Assembly (NCBI GenBank): GCA_964402905.1
Contig: CAYODU010000004.1
Span: forward strand, 1-34,257
Direction of reading: 5' to 3'
DNA from: an uncultured archaeon
GTDB taxonomy: Archaea > Iainarchaeota > Iainarchaeia > Iainarchaeales > JAAZKV01
Length of the DNA: 34,257 nucleotides
Numbering within the stretch: position 1 is the stretch's first letter; every line of letters starts with the position of its first letter. The position numbers and the translations under genes were made by a program. This document shows positions 17,835 through 25,833 of the stretch, piece by piece. A model generated the notes under the pieces. The model saw only the letters and a program-made list of their open reading frames with translations. It searched no databases and had not been told where the DNA came from.

Positions 17835-17950
17835 GGAATTGAAAAGAGAGTTTAGTTCCGCGGTTGGGTGGAGAGACAAGTGCTCACCAACTGGAGAGGT
17901 GCCTCACGGCGTTATTATCGGTTCTCTCCACCCAGCTAATCTTTTTTTTT
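17835..17950 (+). ncRNA. Candidate structured ncRNA of unknown family
   Basis: TTTATATA box at 17805-17812; 9-bp hairpin at 17835-17859; 15-bp GC-rich stem 17862-17876/17923-17937 enclosing two small hairpins; T9 tract at 17942-17950. G-U wobbles work only on the + strand. Confidence 0.6.
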
Positions 17951-18101
17951 GAAGTATTATTATAGCTTTTTCTAATTGTTTTTACATGCCCCCTTATTTT
18001 TTCTTACACTTACTTGTTTTGGGATTCTTTTTGTTTGAAAGGATTATTTTTTTGATTGAAAAGATTAATAAATATCTTTAAAGTGTATATATTGTGCTTT
18101 T

Positions 18102-20648
18102 ATGAATAAAAGAATTCTTTTGAATTTTCTTGTTTTATTTTCCATGCTCTTGCTTGCAACAAATGCTTTTGCTATTCTTGACTCGGGGCAAATAAAAATT
18201 TTTGCAGTTACAGAAGATGAAAAAGGGATGGCTGCAGATTTATTTCTTTATAGTATTCCAGGAGATGGTGAAGTAGCTTTTATTACTTCAAATTCTCTTG
18301 TTGGAAAAGATACTCAAACAACCGGTAATATTGCACTTAAGATTGCGCAGAAAAAAACCGGCGTTGCAATAAATCAAAACAATTTTATTTTTGACATTAA
18401 AGCAAATGCTTCTGAGGTGGATGGCCCAAGTGCCGGGGCTGCAATGACTCTACTTGCATATTCGCTTTTATCAGAGAAAAAAATTCAGAGTGATATTGGT
18501 ATAACCGGAACAATTAATTCTGATGGTTCTGTGGGAATGGTTGGCGGAGTTTATGCAAAAGCACAAGCTGCTTCAGAAATAGGAATAAAATTACTTATGA
18601 TTCCAAAGGGAGAGGCGAGTCAAGTAATAAAAGAAACTGGAAAGGTAGTTTCAATAAATCTATTGGAATATGGTCCTGATAATTTGGGAATGAAAATTGT
18701 CGAAGTGGGTACGATTGATGAAGTATTAAAATTTGCATATTCAAGTATTGATTCGATAAAAGTTGATACCACAGTTACATCAAGTTATTTTGTTCCTGAA
18801 GCGATTCAATACAAGCCCGCACTAGAACCAATGAAGCAACTGTCAAAAAATTATATTGAAAGAGCGAAGAGTGCTATTAGCGATGCAAAAAAAGAGTTGG
18901 AGGTTACTACTCTTGATGATGCTACAAGAAGCACTTTTTATTCTAAAATAGGTGGAGCAGAGAGAGATATTGAATTAGCACAGATTTATCTTGACCAGAA
19001 CTACCTTTACTCTGCAGCAAATTATGCATTTAATTCGACTCTTACTGCTCTAACCATAAAAGAGATTTCAGCAAACCCGTCTTTGCTTGAAAAAGATTCT
19101 ACTATACTAAACTCAATGATAAGTTCACTAAGAGTTGATATTAAATCAACTGAAGAAAAAGCTGATTTTATTCCGTTTGATAAAATTGAATGGATTATTG
19201 GGGCACAGCAAAGAATTGCTTATGCAAAGAATGCTTTGAGCACTGCTGAGCAAGTTACTTTTTTACCCACTGATGATTCAGAAACCATAGAAGAAGGGCT
19301 AATTAAAAAAGTTTATGACTTTGTTTCTGCAGAAGCGTGGACTACTACTGCAAAAGATTTTATTATTGAAGCACAAAAAAGTAACCTAAAAAAACAACCA
19401 ATGTTCAAAGATGATTTTGTTTCGCAAGTAAAAACAAAAATTCTTTCTGTTGAACAGACACTGATTGATTCCAACATTCCTTCTGATATTGTCCGTGAAT
19501 CCCAAAGAAGAATTGATTCAGCAAAAATATCTTTTGATAACAATTTTTTCTTTGCAGCGCTTTATGATGCCTACTTTGCCGATTCTTTTGTACAAGCATA
19601 TGTAGAAAGAAAGGATTTGGATCCTACACAGCTTTTGGATGCAATGGAAAAAAAAGTTAGTGATTCTCATAATCTAAACTCTTTTTGGGCAAATGTTTAT
19701 CTTGACCATGCAAAGTTTTTTTTGCAGAATGCCATTTTTGAAAAATCAAGCGAAAGACAAAATAATATGGTAGCTAATCTTGAGACCGGTTATGACCTTG
19801 CAATATTGTCAAATTATATTGAATCTGCAAATGAGATCGTTGATAATTATCTTTCTAATAATCAATTACAGGATTATGTTTCTTCAAAACCAATAATTGA
19901 CATTCAATATACTAAAGTAGATTCAATTTCAAATTATCTTGTGATTTTATTAGTAGCTCTAATAATTTTGCTAGTTGCTTTGATTACTATTGGCATTAAA
20001 TCAAGAAAAAGAGTTTTTATTAACTATTCAAAAGCTGATAAATTAAATGCTTTACTTAATCGTCTTGATAAGGCTCTTTCACAGAAAAAGATTACTGATA
20101 CAGAATATTTTTTCATGAAGAAGAAGTATGAATCAGAATTTAGTCAAATGAAAAACTTTGCTTCCGAGAGATCAAAGATAACTCTTAATATTGATGAATC
20201 AAGAGCAAAATTAAGGGCTCTTGAGCGCGGAATGAAAGATTTGAAAAAGCATTATCGCGCAGGTTTGATTCTTCCGACAGATTATGAAAAGAGTTTGACT
20301 GAAGATGCACAAGAAATTGTTGAAATAAGAAAACAAATTTCTGATTACGAAAATGAATTAAAAAACAAACGTGGTTCTTTTAACCGACGCAAATCATTTT
20401 TGTATAGTTGTCCAAATGATTTTAAATCTTCTTTGGAAAAAAGTTCTCGTAAAAGAGCATCTAGTGCTAATAAACTTTCTTTTAGTGGAAAAGTAAGTAA
20501 ATCAAAAAAGCCCATTGGGGCAAGGCGTTTGCTTCATTCAAAAGATTCTAGTGTTAAAGGGACTAAAGAAATTGAAAAAGAACAAATTGCTGAAGAAAAA
20601 AGAGAAGAGCGGGAAAGAAAAAGATTAATTAAAAAGTCAAAAGAATAA
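18102..20648 (+). CDS. Membrane-anchored S16 (Lon-like) serine protease with cytoplasmic coiled-coil tail
   Basis: Signal peptide; VDGPSAG (catalytic Ser); ITGTI..DG.VG.VGGVYAK (catalytic Lys); TM helix near aa 610-632; no AAA+ domain. Confidence 0.85.
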   Translation: MNKRILLNFLVLFSMLLLATNAFAILDSGQIKIFAVTEDEKGMAADLFLYSIPGDGEVAFITSNSLVGKDTQTTGNIALKIAQKKTGVAINQNNFIFDIKANASEVDGPSAGAAMTLLAYSLLSEKKIQSDIGITGTINSDGSVGMVGGVYAKAQAASEIGIKLLMIPKGEASQVIKETGKVVSINLLEYGPDNLGMKIVEVGTIDEVLKFAYSSIDSIKVDTTVTSSYFVPEAIQYKPALEPMKQLSKNYIERAKSAISDAKKELEVTTLDDATRSTFYSKIGGAERDIELAQIYLDQNYLYSAANYAFNSTLTALTIKEISANPSLLEKDSTILNSMISSLRVDIKSTEEKADFIPFDKIEWIIGAQQRIAYAKNALSTAEQVTFLPTDDSETIEEGLIKKVYDFVSAEAWTTTAKDFIIEAQKSNLKKQPMFKDDFVSQVKTKILSVEQTLIDSNIPSDIVRESQRRIDSAKISFDNNFFFAALYDAYFADSFVQAYVERKDLDPTQLLDAMEKKVSDSHNLNSFWANVYLDHAKFFLQNAIFEKSSERQNNMVANLETGYDLAILSNYIESANEIVDNYLSNNQLQDYVSSKPIIDIQYTKVDSISNYLVILLVALIILLVALITIGIKSRKRVFINYSKADKLNALLNRLDKALSQKKITDTEYFFMKKKYESEFSQMKNFASERSKITLNIDESRAKLRALERGMKDLKKHYRAGLILPTDYEKSLTEDAQEIVEIRKQISDYENELKNKRGSFNRRKSFLYSCPNDFKSSLEKSSRKRASSANKLSFSGKVSKSKKPIGARRLLHSKDSSVKGTKEIEKEQIAEEKREERERKRLIKKSKE

Positions 20649-20689
20649 AAATAAGATATTGAGTGAACAAAAAATTATTTATATCGAAA

Positions 20690-23656
20690 TTATTCGTCTT
20701 GTTTGTTTTTCAGTTTCAATCCTATTACTGAACTGTTGTCTTTGTTTAGTGCCACGCCAATTATTTGTGTTGCTTTTCTTGTTATGGTATCATTGTGTGT
20801 TATTGCAATGAATTGGCTTTTCTCAGCAATCATTTCAATTAGGTTACCCATTTTCATTGAATTTTCTTTATCGAGTGCTGCATCCGCTTCATCAAATGCG
20901 TAGAATGGTGCGGGAGAATATAGTTGTATAGCAAACATAAATGCGAGTGCAGTCAAAGTTTTTTCTCCTCCGCTCATTGAATCCATATTTTGTAGTTTTA
21001 CTCCCTTTGTTTTTGCATCAATTATTAATCCACTTTCAAGAGGCTTTTCTGCATTTGACAGAGTTAGATTACCTTCTCCGTTAAAGAATTTGAAGAACAT
21101 ATTCTGGAAATTAGAGTTGACTTCGTTAAAGCACTCCATGAATACATTTGTTCTTTTAACATCAATTTTGTCTATCATATCAAGAACGGCAAGTCTTTCA
21201 TTAGCCAGTTTGTTTGATTTTTCTTGTATATCATCAACTTCTTTTTTTAGTTCATTGAAATTGTCAACTGCTTTCATATTAACTGCGCCGATATCACTAA
21301 GTCTTTTTTCCACGTGAACAATTCTCTCTTTTAATTCTTCAATTGTTTTTTCTCCAATGTGTTCTGCTCCCTCAAATTCTTTTTCTTCTTCTTTTAAATC
21401 GTTTTCTTTTACTTCAAGTCGGCTTTTCTCAATATTGAATTCGTTTATGCGAGCATCAATTTTTTTAAGTTTTATATTTTCGTTTATGATTTCTTTTTCA
21501 ATTTTCTCTATTTTTTTGTCAAGTTTATCTTTCTTTTCAATAAGTTCATTTTGTTTTTTCTTTGCTTTATCTATTTCTTTTTCAATTGATAGAACATCTT
21601 TTTCAATTTCTTCAAGCAAAGGCTTTTTCTCGTTTATATCTTTTTGATTTTTTTCTATCTCGTTTTCAAGTTCAGCATTTTCAAGTAGTGCTCCTTCTTT
21701 ATTTGAGAGGAAGGTGCTTTGTTCTACTCTTAACTTATTTATTTTTGATTCCAAAGAAGCATGGTTATGTAGCAGACTCTCTTGTTTTGTTGCTATGTTT
21801 GAGTACTCTTCAAAAATATTTTGTGCGCGCAAATCTTTTAGTTTTTCTTTTATCTTCTCTCTTTTTACAAGCATTTCTCTTAATTTTTCATCCATTTTCT
21901 TCTTTTTTTCAAGTTGCCCTGCAATGATGCGTTCATCTATCTCTTGTTTTAAAACACCACTTTTTCTTTTTATTTCAACTATCTTTTCTAAAACAGCTTT
22001 TTCTATTGCAATATCCGATTCAAGTCTGTTAATACTAAAAATCTTTTCCTTTATTTCTTCGGTAACGCGTCTTGCATTAGCAATTTTGTTCTCCCCTTCC
22101 CTCTCAATAACACGTTGTTTCTCAATAACATCCATTTTCTGTTGTATAATAAGCTTTTTTTTGCTTGATTCTAGGTTTGCATCACACACTGGGCACTTTG
22201 ATAAAGCTTTTTCCAGTTCTTTTATTGCTTTTTCTTCTTCCTCAATAATTGAGATGCATTTGCTTTTTACTTCCTGAATTTCTTCAAGTTTTCTTTCGGC
22301 TTTCTTTAATTCTGATTCTAAATTAAGCCCCTTTTGAAGAGACTCAATTTCTTTTTTCTTTTCAATTATCTCTTCTGCTTCACTTTCAAGTTCTTTTAGT
22401 TCTTCATCCAGTTCAGTTAATTTTTTTTCATTGAAAGCTTTTTGTTTTTCCCATTGTTTTACAAATACTTCTAGATCAAAAAATTCTTTTCTTTTTTCTT
22501 CAATTTCACGATTTGTTGCATCAAGCTCGTTTTCATTATGTACTATTTCATTATTTTTTGATTTAACAACTTTTTCAATTTCTTGTTTTTTATTTGAGAT
22601 AAAATCAATTTCTTTTTGTATTCCTAAAATTTCTTTTTCAATTTCTTTCATGCCTTGTGAGTTCTCTCCAAGTCTTTTACTTGCATTTTCTGCTTCATCT
22701 TTATTTGAAGAAATTTTTTTAAGATTTTTTTCAATTAGAATCTTTTTTAATTCAATTTTTTCTTTTTCCAGATTAAGTTTTGATTTCTTTTCTTCAAATT
22801 CTTTTCCTATTGTAGAATAAATTTCCTCAGAACCTTTGATTGCCTTTTTGTTTGCTTCCTTTGCTTCTTCTTTTGATTTTATTAGCTCTTCACTTGATAA
22901 AGAAACATTTTTTTCAATATCTTCTTTTTGTTTTTCAATTTCTTTTAATTCACTATCAATTTCAACAGTCCTTTTTTCGATTTTATAAAGTTCCTTTGAA
23001 ATTATTGTTGCTTTTATTTGCTTTCTCTCTTCTTCAAGTTCTTTGTATTCGCGTGCTGAATTCATCTCTTGTTCTAGTTCACTCAAAAAAGTGTTTCTCT
23101 CATTTAAAATTATTGTAGCCTCTTTTATTCTCAAATCAACTTTTTCCAGTTCTTTTATTGCTTCTTGTTTTTTCTGATCAAATTCACTTAACCCTGCAAT
23201 ATTATCAATTATTTCTCTTCGTTCTATGGCCGACATTTCAATTATTTTTGTTATATCTCCTTGGGTAACAATGTTGTGCCCGGAAATGTCTATCCCAAGT
23301 TCTATAAGAAGAGAATTAATTTCATTTAGAGTTGTTCTTTTTCCATCAAGGCGATAAACGCTTTTTCCTTGTTTATCAACCATTCTACTTACTTCAAATT
23401 CTTTTTCTCTTCCTTTTATTGTTAAATCAACTTTTGCGTAACCTTCTTTGCAAGTGTTATTTACTAAATCAGTTAGCTTTCCTGCTCGTAGTGTTTTAAG
23501 TGAAGTAATACCAAGAACAAAAAGAAGTGCATCCAAAACATTGCTTTTTCCGGAGCCGTTACTACCCACAATTGCTGTGAATCCTTTGCTTATTGGTATC
23601 TCAGCTTTTCTAAATGATTTAAAATTTTTTAGTGTCAGTTTTATTAGGCGAGTCAT
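20690..23656 (-). CDS. smc: SMC-family ATPase with Smc-type heads and a central CXXC zinc hook
   Basis: NFKSF, GSNGSGKSN, Q-loop NIVTQGDI, long coiled coils, CPVC at aa 488-491, GAVNMKAV, MSGGEK, FDEADAALD, ITH. Confidence 0.9.
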   Translation of the reverse strand: MTRLIKLTLKNFKSFRKAEIPISKGFTAIVGSNGSGKSNVLDALLFVLGITSLKTLRAGKLTDLVNNTCKEGYAKVDLTIKGREKEFEVSRMVDKQGKSVYRLDGKRTTLNEINSLLIELGIDISGHNIVTQGDITKIIEMSAIERREIIDNIAGLSEFDQKKQEAIKELEKVDLRIKEATIILNERNTFLSELEQEMNSAREYKELEEERKQIKATIISKELYKIEKRTVEIDSELKEIEKQKEDIEKNVSLSSEELIKSKEEAKEANKKAIKGSEEIYSTIGKEFEEKKSKLNLEKEKIELKKILIEKNLKKISSNKDEAENASKRLGENSQGMKEIEKEILGIQKEIDFISNKKQEIEKVVKSKNNEIVHNENELDATNREIEEKRKEFFDLEVFVKQWEKQKAFNEKKLTELDEELKELESEAEEIIEKKKEIESLQKGLNLESELKKAERKLEEIQEVKSKCISIIEEEEKAIKELEKALSKCPVCDANLESSKKKLIIQQKMDVIEKQRVIEREGENKIANARRVTEEIKEKIFSINRLESDIAIEKAVLEKIVEIKRKSGVLKQEIDERIIAGQLEKKKKMDEKLREMLVKREKIKEKLKDLRAQNIFEEYSNIATKQESLLHNHASLESKINKLRVEQSTFLSNKEGALLENAELENEIEKNQKDINEKKPLLEEIEKDVLSIEKEIDKAKKKQNELIEKKDKLDKKIEKIEKEIINENIKLKKIDARINEFNIEKSRLEVKENDLKEEEKEFEGAEHIGEKTIEELKERIVHVEKRLSDIGAVNMKAVDNFNELKKEVDDIQEKSNKLANERLAVLDMIDKIDVKRTNVFMECFNEVNSNFQNMFFKFFNGEGNLTLSNAEKPLESGLIIDAKTKGVKLQNMDSMSGGEKTLTALAFMFAIQLYSPAPFYAFDEADAALDKENSMKMGNLIEMIAEKSQFIAITHNDTITRKATQIIGVALNKDNSSVIGLKLKNKQDE

Positions 23657-23665
23657 TTAATCAAC

Positions 23666-24448
23666 CTACTTGAAATAATAATAAGAAACCGCTAAACCAA
23701 AGAAAGTGGTTGCAATAACATCTCCTAATAAGTCGAATATAATTTCTATATCCACCAGTACTCCGATATATGAAATCCAGTTCCACAAAATGTATGTTAT
23801 TATTAGCACGACTATTATTAATACAAGGTTAGAGATAAATTTTTTTTGACTGAAATCCCAGCTTTTTTGAAATGCTTTTTTAACATTGTTGTCAACAAAA
23901 GCTGGTAATACAAATGCTAATCTAACTAGCAAAATTAATCCGACTACGAAAATAATGATTGGTAACAAAATCAAAAGTAAAAAATCTGTTACTGCAACTA
24001 CTGCAACAAAATCACTTACTATGCCGAAAATAGTTGCTACAACATACCATAAAATAAATAGTAGAAAAGAAACTACTAAAACAAATATTGTAAGTCCAAG
24101 ACTTTTTTTCCATTCTAGAACAGATTCATTAATTGCTTGAACAAATTTTTTTCCGTTAGCTACTCTTGCCATTGATAAAAGCGCTATAATACTTAAAAGT
24201 AAAACAAATATTCCGCATAAAAGCATTGCAATTGTTTCAAGTGGATAATTGGTTAAGAACACTGATAGTATATCTGTTCCAGCAAATGCTTCACTGTATA
24301 AAACAAAATCAGTTATGGGTCTTTCAAGAACCCATGTTGTAAGATTTGATAATAAATAAACAACTAGTGCCACGACAATCATTGGCAAAAAAATAACCGG
24401 TTTAAAAATCATCGTTTTAACTGTTTTTTCAAGCGAAACAAAAACCAT
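23666..24448 (-). CDS. Multi-pass membrane protein, probably co-transcribed with smc
   Basis: About 6 TM helices, AFQKSWDF motif; ATG at 24448 with GGTGA RBS; 9-bp gap to smc. Confidence 0.8.
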   Translation of the reverse strand: MVFVSLEKTVKTMIFKPVIFLPMIVVALVVYLLSNLTTWVLERPITDFVLYSEAFAGTDILSVFLTNYPLETIAMLLCGIFVLLLSIIALLSMARVANGKKFVQAINESVLEWKKSLGLTIFVLVVSFLLFILWYVVATIFGIVSDFVAVVAVTDFLLLILLPIIIFVVGLILLVRLAFVLPAFVDNNVKKAFQKSWDFSQKKFISNLVLIIVVLIITYILWNWISYIGVLVDIEIIFDLLGDVIATTFFGLAVSYYYFK

Positions 24449-24666
24449 TTCAATCACCAACACAAACAAAAAAGGCTTATTAAAAACCTGCTAATATTAA
24501 GTAAAAGACATTTAAATTACTTTCTGAACTTTCCGCCTTATAAAGCCCTATTTATTTTATTGAAAAAGGGCTTTTTTGATTACTCTGTCTTTTTTGCTTC
24601 TCTTGGAAAGCCTTTAAAGAAGCTTTTAAAAGCTTTGCATCCCCTTTTTTTATAACTGGTGAGATA

Positions 24667-24945
24667 ATGAAATTTCCAAAAGAAAAGAAACTTTACTGTA
24701 AAAAGTGCAAAAAACATACTAAGCACAAGCTAAAAGAATTCAAATCTGGTAAAGGTAGAACACTTGCACAAGGGAATGTAAGACACGAAAAGAATACTGC
24801 CCATGGTTACGGCGGAAGATACAAGTACGTTGCAACAGTAAAAAAACAGAATAAAAAGCCTGTTTTTGTTGGTGAATGTACTATATGCAAGCAAAAATGC
24901 GAGTACTCACTTGGAAAAAGAATGAAGAAAGTAACTCAAGAATAA
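24667..24945 (+). CDS. rpl44e: Ribosomal protein eL42 (L44e)
   Basis: MKFPK....YCKKCKKHTKH, GYGG, ECTIC zinc finger. Confidence 0.93.
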   Translation: MKFPKEKKLYCKKCKKHTKHKLKEFKSGKGRTLAQGNVRHEKNTAHGYGGRYKYVATVKKQNKKPVFVGECTICKQKCEYSLGKRMKKVTQE

Positions 24946-25012
24946 TTTATTTAAAAAGAAATATTTTTTGTTTTAAGCTAGTTTTTTAATCATTCTTTAA
25001 CATTCTAACTTT

Positions 25013-25807
25013 ATGACTTTTAACAATTCTGTTTTGCTTATAATAAAGCAGAACACTGGACTTGACTATAATGACTTATTTGCGAGAATAGTTTCGCGTT
25101 ACAAAAATCCTTCTTCTGCAAACTCAGCGCTTAGTCGTGCACTAAAAAATCTTGTTTCTTTTGGTTTGATAAAAAAAGAAGGTAATAACTTATTTATTAC
25201 TGATAAGGGTTCTGCCTCAATAAGCATTGAAATGAAAGAAAAACTCGTTCTTAAATTAAATGAATCAATGAAAAAACCTTTACCTAATATTGAAGAAATA
25301 ATAAAACTTTTGATTGTTTTGTCTCAGCGGGCAGCACAAAGCCCGGAACTTTTGAGTAATGCAAAAGAAAATGCTTCTTTTACAATAAAAGATGTTGAAG
25401 ATGTGAGAGCTAAGATAAAGGAGAGGCGAATTTATCTTAAAAAAATGAGTTTGTTACTTAAGGTACAAGAAGAAAAGTTGAGGGAACTTGATTTTAATGA
25501 TTCTATCCAAGTGACTTTTGATGAAATGCTAGTTGAAAAAATAGTTTCTTTTTCTGTAAATGATAAGCTTGTTTTAGAAACGCGTGACAGCGAATTAGAA
25601 AGATTAATTCCGCAGATATGGAGAAAACAGAGTGAATATGTTGTTGAAAAAGAAAATATTGGACAGTTATGCAAAATTCTATTAGAAAAACAATTGTTTA
25701 AAGCGAATATTTATTTTTCCGGAATAAAAATTAATGTTAATAATACTAAAGCAAATTGCTTTGCTTCTTATAAAACACTAAAAAAGTTTTTTGGAGAAAA
25801 AAAGTAG
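25013..25807 (+). CDS. Hypothetical protein with N-terminal winged helix-turn-helix
   Basis: ALSRALKNLVSFGLIKKEGNNLFITDKG resembles a wHTH recognition helix plus wing. Confidence 0.7.
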   Translation: MTFNNSVLLIIKQNTGLDYNDLFARIVSRYKNPSSANSALSRALKNLVSFGLIKKEGNNLFITDKGSASISIEMKEKLVLKLNESMKKPLPNIEEIIKLLIVLSQRAAQSPELLSNAKENASFTIKDVEDVRAKIKERRIYLKKMSLLLKVQEEKLRELDFNDSIQVTFDEMLVEKIVSFSVNDKLVLETRDSELERLIPQIWRKQSEYVVEKENIGQLCKILLEKQLFKANIYFSGIKINVNNTKANCFASYKTLKKFFGEKK

Positions 25808-25833
25808 GGCAATGAGATAATGATTCTTTATTT

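Noticed and set aside
17862-17938. tRNA, tRNA-Sec or Y RNA interpretation of the first ncRNA candidate
   Set aside because: No pairable T-arm or 7-nt anticodon loop; UCA sits in a 4-nt loop; no bulged-C Ro-binding helix.
20703-23660. Numerous + strand Phe/Ser-rich ORFs opposite smc (and similar ones opposite herA, aglB and the GT genes)
   Set aside because: Antisense shadows of the annotated genes, e.g. Phe/Ser runs opposite Lys/Glu codons.
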